Source of the DNA: Candidatus Levybacteria bacterium RIFCSPLOWO2_01_FULL_38_21
Lineage (GTDB): Bacteria; Patescibacteriota; Microgenomatia; Levybacterales; UBA12049
Direction of reading: 5' to 3'
Assembly (NCBI GenBank): GCA_001782475.1
Contig: MFOT01000014.1
Location: 12,109 to 76,108 of the forward strand
DNA length: 64,000 nt
Part shown: piece by piece, positions 1-11,787 of the stretch
Layout of the letters: each line of letters starts with the position of its first letter
Position numbering within the stretch: position 1 is the stretch's first letter
Translations under genes and position numbers: made by a program
Notes under the pieces: generated by a model
Databases searched by the model: none
What the model was told of the DNA's origin: nothing
What the model saw: the letters and a program-made list of their open reading frames with translations, nothing else

Positions 1-2053
<2,053 letters not shown>

Positions 2054-2054
2054 T

Positions 2055-3578
2055 CTATTGACTAAAAATTTTTTTAAATTCTGCTATAGCTTCCTCCATT
2101 TTTTTAAGAGCTTCACCCGATGGTTTTTCGCCGCTTGACAATGTTTTAATAATCTGCGGATGATTTCTTTTGATAAAATTGTGGAACTCCTCTTCAAACT
2201 TTCTTATTGACTCAACTTTAATATCATCTAAAAAACCATTTACTACCGCCCACATACTTAAAATTTGAAGAGATTCCGCCAGCGGCTTATACTGTGATTG
2301 TTTTAAAACTTCTGTAATTCTTTTTCCTCTCTCAAGCTGGGCTTGAGTAGCTGAATCAAGTTCTGACCCAAACTGAGCAAAAACTGCAAGTTCCCTATAC
2401 TGCGCAAGCTCAAGTCTTACTCGTCCTGAGGTAAATTTTATCGCAGAAGTTTGCGCTGCCCCTCCTACCCTTGAAACCGAGTTTCCAATATTTATTGCTG
2501 GTTTTATGCCACTATTAAATAGATCAGACTGAAGATAGATCTGACCATCTGTTATAGATATAATGTTTGTAGGGATGTAAGCTGAGATATCATTTGCCTG
2601 AGTCTCTACAATAGGAAGGGCTGTAATAGAGCCGCCTCCAAATTCTTTGTTAAGCTTTACGGCTCTTTCCAAAAGTCTTGAGTGTAAATAGAATATATCT
2701 CCCGGGTACGCTTCTCGTCCCGCAGGTCTTCTTAGAACCAAAGAAATTTGCCTGTATGCCCATGCGTGCTTGGTTAGATCATCATATATTATTAAAACGT
2801 CTTCTCCTTTTTCCATAAAATACTCCGAAATAGCAACACCAGCGTACGGAGCAAGATACTGAAGAGCTGCCGGGTCTGAGGCGGTTGCAGAAACTACGAT
2901 TGTATAATCCATAGCGCCGAATTCTTCTAGTTTATCTATAATTTGAGCAACAGTACTTTGCTTTTGACCTATTGCAACATAGACAGCAATAACTGGTTTA
3001 AGTTTTGATTCGCTCTGAGGTTTTTGATTTATAATTGCATCAACAGCAATAGCAGTTTTTCCCAAACCTCTGTCTCCAATAATAAGTTCTCTTTGCCCTC
3101 TGCCAATTGGGATTATCGTATCAATGAGTTTAATTCCGGTTTTTAGCGGGGTATTCACAGGCTCTCTTTGAATAACACCGGGCGCTATTTTTTCAAGCGG
3201 CATGGATTTTCCAGTCTTAATGCTTGGTTGTCCATCCAGTGGCTTTCCTAAAGGCGATATAACTCTTCCTATTAACTTTTCCGATACAGTTATACTTAAG
3301 ACATTTCCTGTAGTTCTTATCTTTTCTCCCTCTATTATGTTTTCTCCACTTCCAAAAAGAATTATAGAAACATAATCTTCATCAAGATTTAAGATTACTC
3401 CTTTATTTCCGCTTTCAAATTCTACCTGCTCTCCCATGAAGGCGCGAGATAATCCCGATGCAATTACAACTCCATCACTATTTTTTTCAACAACTCCAAT
3501 ATTTTTAGTTCTTGAATCTTGAGAAAAAGACATAAGATTTTGCTCAAGTTCTTTAATTATGTCCTCATTTTTAATCAT
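2055..3578 (-). CDS. atpA: ATP synthase subunit alpha
   Basis: GRGQRELIIGDRGLGKT and RRPAGREAYPGD motifs. Confidence 0.98.
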   Translation of the reverse strand: MIKNEDIIKELEQNLMSFSQDSRTKNIGVVEKNSDGVVIASGLSRAFMGEQVEFESGNKGVILNLDEDYVSIILFGSGENIIEGEKIRTTGNVLSITVSEKLIGRVISPLGKPLDGQPSIKTGKSMPLEKIAPGVIQREPVNTPLKTGIKLIDTIIPIGRGQRELIIGDRGLGKTAIAVDAIINQKPQSESKLKPVIAVYVAIGQKQSTVAQIIDKLEEFGAMDYTIVVSATASDPAALQYLAPYAGVAISEYFMEKGEDVLIIYDDLTKHAWAYRQISLVLRRPAGREAYPGDIFYLHSRLLERAVKLNKEFGGGSITALPIVETQANDISAYIPTNIISITDGQIYLQSDLFNSGIKPAINIGNSVSRVGGAAQTSAIKFTSGRVRLELAQYRELAVFAQFGSELDSATQAQLERGKRITEVLKQSQYKPLAESLQILSMWAVVNGFLDDIKVESIRKFEEEFHNFIKRNHPQIIKTLSSGEKPSGEALKKMEEAIAEFKKIFSQ

Positions 3579-3930
3579 ATGATTGCTTTATATACGATGC
3601 TAAGCTTTTCAAGGAGTCTTTAACATTGAATTCGTAAACTATATCATTATCTACTATTCTTATTCCGGCTATAAGGTCTGATCTTTTAATATATTCTATT
3701 TTCTTTTCGGGAAACATACCTCTTAACTTACTTGTTGTCTTTTGATCGACCTTATCTATGGGGGTAAATACCAAAACTTTTTTCTCACGATCTAATTTTT
3801 TTATAAATCTAATGTAGGTTTTTAATTGTCTCCTATTAAGAAGGGGGGCAATTTTTTTTATTTTCTCAGGATCTAAGTTTCCTTTTTTAAAACTTTGCAT
3901 TGCAAGTTTTTTAATTTGTTTAATCTTCAT
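3571..3930 (-). CDS. atpH: ATP synthase subunit delta (short form)
   Basis: Between atpF and atpA; C-terminal LIAGIRIVDND resembles the delta/OSCP C-domain. Confidence 0.8.
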   Translation of the reverse strand: MKIKQIKKLAMQSFKKGNLDPEKIKKIAPLLNRRQLKTYIRFIKKLDREKKVLVFTPIDKVDQKTTSKLRGMFPEKKIEYIKRSDLIAGIRIVDNDIVYEFNVKDSLKSLASYIKQSYD

Positions 3931-4435
3931 ACCAATCTACTTTTTTAATTTTTTTAAGAGCGGCATCAAGAAACTGTTTTTGTTCTTTTTCTCCAAATAC
4001 GTCCTGCATGGATTTTTGCAAAAATTCAATAGCGAGTTTGCTTACTTTTAAAGCTATTCTTTTTTCCAATTCTTTAGATTCTTGTGCAATCTTTCCTAAG
4101 CCGGTTGATATCATGTATTCTGTTTGTTTTCTGGTTTTTTCTTCTGTTTCTCTGGCAATTTCCTGCGTTCTGTTTTTTGCATCTTCTATTATTTTCTCTG
4201 CTTTTTTTTGCGTGTTTTTTAATATAGTTTTCTCTTTTTCTAAGGTTTCTTCTAAGATCTTTTTACTCTCCTCGGCCTGTTTTAAGCTACCTTTTATTAA
4301 GTCCTCTCTTTTTTTAAGCACTGAAAGCACTGGTTTGTAGGCAAACCTTTTTAAAATATAAAAAATTATTAGAAAATTTATAATTTGAGCCCCCAAGAGA
4401 AGGGGGTCAAGCCCAAAGTTCTTTATCAGTTCCAT
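3920..4435 (-). CDS. atpF: ATP synthase subunit b
   Basis: QIINFLII TM helix, YKPV motif, long coiled coil. Confidence 0.95.
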   Translation of the reverse strand: MELIKNFGLDPLLLGAQIINFLIIFYILKRFAYKPVLSVLKKREDLIKGSLKQAEESKKILEETLEKEKTILKNTQKKAEKIIEDAKNRTQEIARETEEKTRKQTEYMISTGLGKIAQESKELEKRIALKVSKLAIEFLQKSMQDVFGEKEQKQFLDAALKKIKKVDWYED

Positions 4436-4444
4436 AAGCTAAAA

Positions 4445-4651
4445 TTATTTCATAAAGGCCAAGATCAGGGAATAAATCGCAATTGCTTCGGCAAACGCCA
4501 TAGCCAGCAACATTGCAGGCAGTATCCTCCCCGAGCTTTCAGGATTTCGTCCTATTGCTTCCATTGCCCTTGCTCCTATAAGGCCGATTGCCAAAGCAGG
4601 GAGCATTCCTCCAAGCGCTATAATTAAGCCTCCAGATATACTAAAATTCAT
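4445..4651 (-). CDS. atpE: ATP synthase subunit c
   Basis: Two TM helices, GRNPE loop, carboxylate in AEAIAIY; strong SD (GGGGGTGA) upstream. Confidence 0.97.
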   Translation of the reverse strand: MNFSISGGLIIALGGMLPALAIGLIGARAMEAIGRNPESSGRILPAMLLAMAFAEAIAIYSLILAFMK

Positions 4652-4686
4652 TGCACATCACCCCCTTTTTTTGTCTCTTCTCATAG

Positions 4687-5433
4687 TTAGTGTCTTGCTT
4701 TACGGGTATTATCAAGCATATCATGGTGGGGGGTAGTAAGGATTGCCATAAATGCCATGGTAAGCATAGAGAATACGAGCGCCTGGACCAGCCCCACGAC
4801 AACCTCTAGGAGAAGAAACGGCAGCGGAAGAAGGACGGCGAATATAGAGGAAACAGTAAGAAGAACGATTTCTCCTGCAAAAATGTTACCAAAGAGACGA
4901 AAGGAAAGCGAAACAACTTTAGTTATCTCGGATATTATTTCTAAAATTCCAATAAAAAGATTAATCGGATTTAAAGAAAAGTATCTGCTTAAATAATTAC
5001 TTATACCTATCGTTTTTATGCTTAAGATATGGGTTGCAGCAACTGATATCAATGCAAGTCCTAAGGTTGTATTGAGATCACTCGTTGAGCTTCTTAAAAT
5101 AGGCACAAGTTTTCCTTTTTCAAAAAACCCGATGCTGTTGACACCGGGTAAAAGACCGCTCCAGTTGGCAAGGAGAATAAAAATAAAAAAACTCATAAAA
5201 TACGGAAATATTTTTTTCACTTTTTTCTCAGATACAGATTCTGCTATTTCATAAAAAAGCTGTATAATTATCTCGACTATATTTTGATAAAGCCCGGGAA
5301 CCAATTTAATATTTTTAGCCAGTACAAAAGACGCGGCAAAAATAATTATATCTATAAGAAGTGTATCTATAATTGTATTCGTTATCCTAAAAGCACCTAA
5401 ATGGAAAATAGCCTCGGACTGGAATGAGAACAT
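4687..5433 (-). CDS. atpB: ATP synthase subunit a
   Basis: SLSFRLFGNIFAGE and VQALVF motifs. Confidence 0.97.
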   Translation of the reverse strand: MFSFQSEAIFHLGAFRITNTIIDTLLIDIIIFAASFVLAKNIKLVPGLYQNIVEIIIQLFYEIAESVSEKKVKKIFPYFMSFFIFILLANWSGLLPGVNSIGFFEKGKLVPILRSSTSDLNTTLGLALISVAATHILSIKTIGISNYLSRYFSLNPINLFIGILEIISEITKVVSLSFRLFGNIFAGEIVLLTVSSIFAVLLPLPFLLLEVVVGLVQALVFSMLTMAFMAILTTPHHDMLDNTRKARH

Positions 5434-5442
5434 TGTAGTAAT

Positions 5443-5471
5443 ATTTTATGGAGAAAGCGAAGGTAAGTCAA
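5443..5471 (-). promoter_or_regulatory. sigma70-type promoter of the atp operon
   Basis: TTGACT-17 bp-TAAAAT, 9 nt upstream of the atpB ATG. Confidence 0.7.
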
Positions 5472-5486
5472 GATGACAAATTCTTT

Positions 5487-8400
5487 TTAGTTAACCTTAG
5501 CTACTTTTTCGGCAATAATTATAGGTTTTTCGTTCTTTGTATCTACCCGTCCCTCAATAATAATTACAGTATCTCTTAGGAGATAGCTTTTATATTGCTC
5601 AAAAAATTTTGGAAAAATTACACATTCAACGGTAATTCCTTTTTCGTCTCCTATTGTTAAAAAGGCCATCTCGCTTCCCGTTTTTCTCGTAAAAATTCGC
5701 CTTATGTTCTCTACAATTCCGCCAATCTTTACCCTTGAACCTTCTGTCTCCTCCATAATTAGTGAGATATCATGAGTAACTTTATCTTTTAGCGATATTA
5801 ACTCGTCCATCATTGGGTGAGATGTTAGATAAAGACCTAAGAATTCTTTTTCAAAACTTAGTTTTTCTTTTAAGGTAAAATCTTCTACGTCAGCTTCTAA
5901 GGGATCGGGGAAATTTTCTTTATCGTCAAATAGAGAGACCTGCCCTTCTTTTTTCTGCTGCTTTTTCTTATGTAAAAACTCAAGAATTTCAGAATATTTC
6001 ATAAGAAGAGAGGCTCTTTTGCCAAAAGAGTCCAATGCGCCGGCTTTTATTAAACTCTCTATTGTTTTTTTATTTACACTACCCAAATCTACTCTTTCTA
6101 AGAAATCGTCAAGGTTTTTAAAAATCCCCACCTGCCTATTTGAGATAATATTCCCGATTGCAGCTTCCCCAATATTTTTGATGGCAGAAAGCCCAAATCT
6201 GATACTCGATTTCCCTTCTATAGAAAACTCGCTTCCAGACTTATTTATATCTGGGGGTAGCACTTTTATATCCAATCGTTTGCATTCTGCAATACCTTCT
6301 GCAATTTTTTCGTTTTTTGAAGGACCGCTTGTGCCCCTTGATTCGGCGGTTAAAAATGCGCTCATAAATTCAACCGGATAATGAGCCTTAAGATAAGCGG
6401 TTCTATAGGCAATAGTTGCATAACAGGCTGCATGAGCCTTGCCAAAACCGTATCCAGCAAACGGCTCAAATAACGTCCACAAATTCTCAGCATCTTTTCT
6501 TTTCATCCCGTTTGAGACGCAACCCTCGACAAATTTATCGTGTTGCTTTTTCATTTCGGAAGGAATTTTCTTTCCCACAGCTCTTCTTAATTTATCTGTG
6601 TCAATCCATGAATAACCTGCAACTTTTATTGCCGTAAGGAGAAGATCATCTTGAAAGGTAATAATCCCATAAGATTCTTTTAAAACATCTTTTAGTCTTT
6701 TATCTGGGTAAGTTATAAGTGAAGGATTATGTTTCCTTTTTATAAATTCTGGAATATTTGCCATCGGACCTGGTCTATAGAGAGCTACCATTGCCTGAAG
6801 ATCAAATATAGAAGTTGGTTTAAGTTCTTTAATATATCTTCTCATACCGGATGACTCAAGCTGAAATATCCCCGTAGTTTCTCCTGAGGCTAAAAGTTCA
6901 TAAGTTTTCCTATCATCAAAAGAGATATTTGAGAAGTCCACATCAATTCCACGATTTTCCATGATGAATGTTAAAGTTTCTTGGATAATTGTCAAGTTCC
7001 TAAGACCCAAGAAATCAATCTTTAAAAGACCTACTCCGTCTTCTCCGACCGTATACATATCGTACTGAGTTATTATTTTCTCGCCGTTTGGTTCTCTTTG
7101 GAGCGGCGTATATTCAGTTAGAGGTTTATCTGCGATTACGACTCCGGCAGCGTGTACAGAGGCATGCCTTACAACACCCTCAATTTTTTTCGCCAGATCT
7201 AAAAGTCTTTGTGTTTCTGGTTCTGTCTGATACGCAATTTGAAGTTCAGGGCTTTGTTCCAAAGCCTTATCTAACGTCATTGCATGCCCCTGCCATCCTG
7301 GCGGCATCATTTTTGCTATTCTATCGGGAACTAAATAGGGAAGGCCCAAAACTCTTCCTGTATCTCTTACAGAACCTCTTGCCTCAATAGTTCCAAAAGT
7401 TATTATTTGGGCAACTTTGTCCCGCCCGTATTTTTTTGTTACATATTTAATTACCTCGTCTCTTCTATTATCTGCAAAATCCAGGTCTATATCTGGAGGA
7501 GAGGGACGCATCGGGTTTAAAAATCTTTCAAAAGGAAGGTTAAAAAATAAAGGATCAACATCTGAAATTCCCAAAGCGTAAGAAACAATTGAGCCGGCAT
7601 TTGATCCGCGTCCCGGACCAACTGTAATCCCTTGAGCTTTAGCCCAATTTACAAAGTCGGCAACTATTAGGATATAGGTCTCATAACCTTTCTTAAGAAT
7701 TGTTTGCAATTCGTAATCTGTCCTTTTCCTAATTCCTTTTGTAATTTTTTTATACCTTATTTTAAGCCCTTCTTCAACTTTCTCTTTAATAAATTCTGCG
7801 GGAGTTTTTTTACCGGGTACGTTAAACGATGGTAATATCCATCTTCCAAGTTTAATTTCCAAATCGCACATATCAGCAATTTTTGAAGAATTTTCAATTG
7901 CCTCGGGTATATTTAGAAAAAGTCCTAACATTTCCTCTTTGCTTTTTATATAGAAATCTGGAGAAAGAATCATCGATAACTTCCTGTTTTTATCATTTAG
8001 AGTAGTTTGAGTTTGTATGCACAAAAGAATTTCCTGGGCTTCTGCGTCTTGCGGATAAATATAATGGTTATCATTTGTTGCTACAAGAGGGATACTTAAT
8101 TTTCTTGATAAATCTACTAATTTCTCGTTTAAAAGATCTTGGTTTTCTATATTAATATGCTTTTGAAGTTCCAGATAAAAGTTTCCTTCGCCAAATATTT
8201 TAGAAAGAGTCTTAGCTCTGTCTACAGCGGTTTCTTCTTGGCCATTTATTAATGGTTCCGATATAAAACCATTTAAACAAGAGCTTAAACATATAATGCC
8301 GCTAGCGTGTTCCTTTAAAAGCTCAAGATCGCTTCGCGGACGATAGTAATATCCCTCAAGGTTTGAAATAGAAATTATCTTAATCAAGTTCTTATATCCG

Positions 8401-8690
8401 GCCTCATTTTTTGCAAGAAGAATTAGATGATTAGAATCTGAGTCAAGCCCTGCTTCTTTATCATGCCTTGTTCTTTTACTTATATAAATTTCGCATCCAA
8501 TTATTGGTTTTATATTTTGCTCAAGACATTCTTTATAAAATTTAATAGCACCGTACATATTTCCATGGTCTGTTATAGCTATTGCTTTCATATTCAGTTC
8601 TCTTGCTCTCTTAACCATCTCATTTATTTTGGATAAGCCATCCAATAGAGAATATTCAGAGTGATTGTGAAGATGGACAAAGTTTGTCAT
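5487..8690 (-). CDS. dnaE: DNA polymerase III alpha subunit
   Basis: PHP motif HLHNHSEYSLLDG, GPGRGS, PPDIDLD, C-terminal OB fold. Confidence 0.98.
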   Translation of the reverse strand: MTNFVHLHNHSEYSLLDGLSKINEMVKRARELNMKAIAITDHGNMYGAIKFYKECLEQNIKPIIGCEIYISKRTRHDKEAGLDSDSNHLILLAKNEAGYKNLIKIISISNLEGYYYRPRSDLELLKEHASGIICLSSCLNGFISEPLINGQEETAVDRAKTLSKIFGEGNFYLELQKHINIENQDLLNEKLVDLSRKLSIPLVATNDNHYIYPQDAEAQEILLCIQTQTTLNDKNRKLSMILSPDFYIKSKEEMLGLFLNIPEAIENSSKIADMCDLEIKLGRWILPSFNVPGKKTPAEFIKEKVEEGLKIRYKKITKGIRKRTDYELQTILKKGYETYILIVADFVNWAKAQGITVGPGRGSNAGSIVSYALGISDVDPLFFNLPFERFLNPMRPSPPDIDLDFADNRRDEVIKYVTKKYGRDKVAQIITFGTIEARGSVRDTGRVLGLPYLVPDRIAKMMPPGWQGHAMTLDKALEQSPELQIAYQTEPETQRLLDLAKKIEGVVRHASVHAAGVVIADKPLTEYTPLQREPNGEKIITQYDMYTVGEDGVGLLKIDFLGLRNLTIIQETLTFIMENRGIDVDFSNISFDDRKTYELLASGETTGIFQLESSGMRRYIKELKPTSIFDLQAMVALYRPGPMANIPEFIKRKHNPSLITYPDKRLKDVLKESYGIITFQDDLLLTAIKVAGYSWIDTDKLRRAVGKKIPSEMKKQHDKFVEGCVSNGMKRKDAENLWTLFEPFAGYGFGKAHAACYATIAYRTAYLKAHYPVEFMSAFLTAESRGTSGPSKNEKIAEGIAECKRLDIKVLPPDINKSGSEFSIEGKSSIRFGLSAIKNIGEAAIGNIISNRQVGIFKNLDDFLERVDLGSVNKKTIESLIKAGALDSFGKRASLLMKYSEILEFLHKKKQQKKEGQVSLFDDKENFPDPLEADVEDFTLKEKLSFEKEFLGLYLTSHPMMDELISLKDKVTHDISLIMEETEGSRVKIGGIVENIRRIFTRKTGSEMAFLTIGDEKGITVECVIFPKFFEQYKSYLLRDTVIIIEGRVDTKNEKPIIIAEKVAKVN

Positions 8691-8703
8691 ATTTATTTTT
8701 TAC

Positions 8704-10062
8704 TTATTTTAACTCATTTTCTATCGCCTCTATTACTACCCTAGGGTCTACTTTCCCTTTTAAAGCCCTCATAACAGAACCGACTAAATATTGCAGGGCT
8801 TGGGTTTTTCCTTTTTTAAAATCTTCTACTGCTTGAGAATTATTTTTTAATACTTTTTTAACTGTTATTTTTATTTCTTCTTCATTTATATTGACATAAG
8901 TTGTGGCTGATTCGATGTTTCGAACTAATTTTGCGGGTAGAACCTCCTCAATACTTGGTTTCCTGTTCATAATAAACTTAGCAATTTTTTTTGCGTCTAT
9001 ATTTTTATTTTTTCCAATCCTTACGGCGTCCTCGAAATAATCTGCTATGGTTGTTTCTCTCGTGAGGATTTCAGTGTCATAATCTGATAGTTCATAGTCC
9101 TTCTTAAATCTCTTGAACTTTTCTTTCGGTAGTTCTCTCATTTGAGATTTGAGATTTGAGATTTGAGATTTTGCCCAACGTATAGGTGGTATATCAGGTT
9201 CAGGAAAATATCTGTAATCGCTCGCTTCTTCTTTTGTTCTTTGAGATATTGTCTTTTGTTTTGCTTCATCCCATCCCCTTGTTTCCTGTATTGGCGTTTG
9301 TCCTTTTTGCAAAATCTCTGTCTGTCTTCTTATTTCAAATTCAATGGCTTTTTCAACGAATCTAAAAGAGTTGATATTTTTTACTTCAATTTTATAAGAT
9401 GGTAGCTTTCCATCTTTTGACAAGGAAATATTCGGTTCAAGCCTCATATCTCCTTTTTCCATATCTGCATTTGAAATTTCAAGATATCTTGCAATCTGCT
9501 GAATTTTTTGTAAGTATTCCTTAACGTCTTTTGCGTCGTCGAAATCCGGCTCTGTAACTATTTCAGCCAATGGAACCCCTGATCGGTTGAAGTCTATTAA
9601 CGAATACCCCTCGTCTTTTTGATTTTTGATTTCTTGCCCTGAGCTTGTCGAACGGGTTGATTTTTGATTTCCAAGCTCGTGAACGAGCTTGGCTGTGTCT
9701 TCTTCCATATGCACTCGTCTGATTCTTATTTTTTTACCTGTTGAGAGTTTTATACTGCCGTTAACACAAAAGGGTTCGTCATATTGACTTATTTGATATC
9801 CCTTGGGTAAATCCGGGTAAAAATAGTTCTTCCTGTCAAATTTTGAAAAATGCGGGATTTTGCAGTTTAACGCCATTCCAAGCATTACACACCATTCAAT
9901 TGCTTTTTTATTCGGCACAGGTAAAGCTCCCGGCAATCCAAGACAAACTGGGCAAGTATGGGTGTTGGGTTTTTTGCCGAAATAATCCGCAGAACACCCG
10001 CAAAACATCTTTGATCGTGTTTTTAGCTCAATATGCACCTCAAGTCCTATTACGGGTTTCAT
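8704..10062 (-). CDS. gatB: Asp/Glu-tRNA amidotransferase subunit B
   Basis: IGLEVH, RKNYFYPDLPKGYQISQ and YRYFPEPD motifs; carries repeat-derived insertions. Confidence 0.98.
   Translation of the reverse strand: MKPVIGLEVHIELKTRSKMFCGCSADYFGKKPNTHTCPVCLGLPGALPVPNKKAIEWCVMLGMALNCKIPHFSKFDRKNYFYPDLPKGYQISQYDEPFCVNGSIKLSTGKKIRIRRVHMEEDTAKLVHELGNQKSTRSTSSGQEIKNQKDEGYSLIDFNRSGVPLAEIVTEPDFDDAKDVKEYLQKIQQIARYLEISNADMEKGDMRLEPNISLSKDGKLPSYKIEVKNINSFRFVEKAIEFEIRRQTEILQKGQTPIQETRGWDEAKQKTISQRTKEEASDYRYFPEPDIPPIRWAKSQISNLKSQMRELPKEKFKRFKKDYELSDYDTEILTRETTIADYFEDAVRIGKNKNIDAKKIAKFIMNRKPSIEEVLPAKLVRNIESATTYVNINEEEIKITVKKVLKNNSQAVEDFKKGKTQALQYLVGSVMRALKGKVDPRVVIEAIENELK
9140..9171. repeat. 7-bp tandem repeat (ATTTGAG)x4 inside gatB
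   Basis: Four perfect copies at 9140-9167 plus a partial copy; encodes KSQISNLKSQ. Confidence 0.9.
9637..9656. repeat. REP-like palindromic element (family A) inside gatB
   Basis: CCCTGAGCTTGTCGAACGGG; same core as the copies at 14834, 17213, 17237, 33598 and 54126. Confidence 0.8.
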
Positions 10063-11441
10063 AATCCTGACTCCTCAACTGCTTTTCCAACTTGAAAAAG
10101 TCTTCCTTCTGAAAAATGAGGTCCTAAAATTTGTATTCCTGCGGGAAGATTGTCAATAAGACCCATAGGTATTGAAATACCCGGAATTCCCGCTAGATTT
10201 GCTGTTACTGTATAAATATCCGAAAGGTACATCGCAAGCGGATCAGAAGTTTTTTCGCCTAACTTCCAAGGAGGAGTCGGAGAGACGGGCGTGATAACAA
10301 CATCCACTTTTTTAAATGCGTCATCAAAGTCTTTTTTTATTAAAGTCCTCACCTGCATTGCTCTTTTGTAGTAAGCCTCATAATATCCCGAGGATAAAAC
10401 ATACGTTCCAAACATAATTCTCCTCTTTGCTTCATCTGCGAAGCTACTTCTGTCGTTCCCGTATCTTATTCCGTCATATCTTGCAAGATTAGATGAAACT
10501 TCAGCAGGCTGAATTATATAGTAACAGGCAATAGCGTATTCTGTATGGGGAAGTGATATATATTCAGCAATTGCTCCTCGTGCTTCTAGTAGATTTATAG
10601 ACCGTTCTATCTTTTCTTTTATTCTTTTATCAAGACCTTCTGAAAAATATTCCTTAGGGATCCCAATTTTTAAGTCTTTCACTCCTTTATTTAAGTAATT
10701 TTCGTAATCATCAACCTTTTTGTCTGGCATAGTTGCATCATTTGGGTCTTTTCCTGCTGTAACAGACAACATTAAAGCTGAATCTTCTACGTTTTTGGTA
10801 AAATGCCCGATACTGTCAAGAGATGATGCCATCGCAATTATTCCATATCTTGAAACTCTTCCGTAAGTTGGCTTAAGTCCAACAACATTACAAAAGCTTG
10901 CAGGGAGCCTGATCGAACCGCCGGTATCTGTTCCCGTTGACGCCAAGGACATATTTGCGGCAACAGAGACAGCAGAGCCCGAGCTTGAGCCTCCCGGCAC
11001 ATATTCTTCATCCCATGGATTTTTAGTAGGCCCAAAATCAGAATTTTCTCCGCTTGATCCGTGAGCCCACGCATCGCAGTTGGTTTTTCCAATTATAATA
11101 CCACCAGCTTCTTTGAGTTTTTTTACAACTGTTGCGCTGTATTGCGGGATATAATTATCAAGAACCCTTGATGCGGCAGTAGTTCTTATTCCTTTTGTAA
11201 GATAAATATCCTTAAGGGAAATGGGAATTCCCAGAAGCGGGAAATTCTCCTCATCTTTTATTCTTCTATCCGCTTCTTTTGCTTCTTCTAGTGCTTCTTT
11301 AACGCAAACTGTTATGAAAGCGTTTAGATTTTTTCTTTCTTTTATTTCAGACAGACAACTATTTACCAATTCTATTGATGAGAATTTTTTCTTTGATAAA
11401 CCTTCTTTTGCTTGCTTTAATGAAAGGGTATTTAATGACAT
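10059..11441 (-). CDS. gatA: Asp/Glu-tRNA amidotransferase subunit A
   Basis: Amidase signature GGSSSGS and GTDTGGSIRLPA; SSNLARYDG. Confidence 0.98.
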   Translation of the reverse strand: MSLNTLSLKQAKEGLSKKKFSSIELVNSCLSEIKERKNLNAFITVCVKEALEEAKEADRRIKDEENFPLLGIPISLKDIYLTKGIRTTAASRVLDNYIPQYSATVVKKLKEAGGIIIGKTNCDAWAHGSSGENSDFGPTKNPWDEEYVPGGSSSGSAVSVAANMSLASTGTDTGGSIRLPASFCNVVGLKPTYGRVSRYGIIAMASSLDSIGHFTKNVEDSALMLSVTAGKDPNDATMPDKKVDDYENYLNKGVKDLKIGIPKEYFSEGLDKRIKEKIERSINLLEARGAIAEYISLPHTEYAIACYYIIQPAEVSSNLARYDGIRYGNDRSSFADEAKRRIMFGTYVLSSGYYEAYYKRAMQVRTLIKKDFDDAFKKVDVVITPVSPTPPWKLGEKTSDPLAMYLSDIYTVTANLAGIPGISIPMGLIDNLPAGIQILGPHFSEGRLFQVGKAVEESGL

Positions 11442-11716
11442 TAGAATATTTTGGGAATTTTAAACATACCGTTATGATTTTTTTTGGAATTTGATAGCGC
11501 TTCATCTTGAGCAAAACATATTGTATTTATATCTTCTCTTGTCACATTCTCCAATCCTGTGGTTTGGTTTGTTTCTTCAATATTTTCGACATCTTTCTCG
11601 TTTAGTTTTTCGACATAAGAGAGAACCTCATTTAATTGCTTTTCGAATTTTTTTTCTTCTTCATTTGACAGGGGGAGATTGGCAAGCTTTGCTACATGTT
11701 TTACATTAATTTTCAT
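11441..11716 (-). CDS. gatC: Asp/Glu-tRNA amidotransferase subunit C
   Basis: VKHVAKLANL...TRED...FKIPKI; directly upstream of gatA. Confidence 0.95.
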   Translation of the reverse strand: MKINVKHVAKLANLPLSNEEEKKFEKQLNEVLSYVEKLNEKDVENIEETNQTTGLENVTREDINTICFAQDEALSNSKKNHNGMFKIPKIF

Positions 11717-11722
11717 AGATCA

Positions 11723-11751
11723 ATTATATTCGGCTTTCGTAATTTTGGCAA
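11723..11751 (-). promoter_or_regulatory. Promoter of gatCAB-dnaE (leaderless start)
   Basis: TTGCCA-17 bp-TATAAT, then 6 nt to ATG, no SD. Confidence 0.7.
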
Positions 11752-11787
11752 TGACTGAAGTCAACAAAAAACCTACTACTAAACTAA

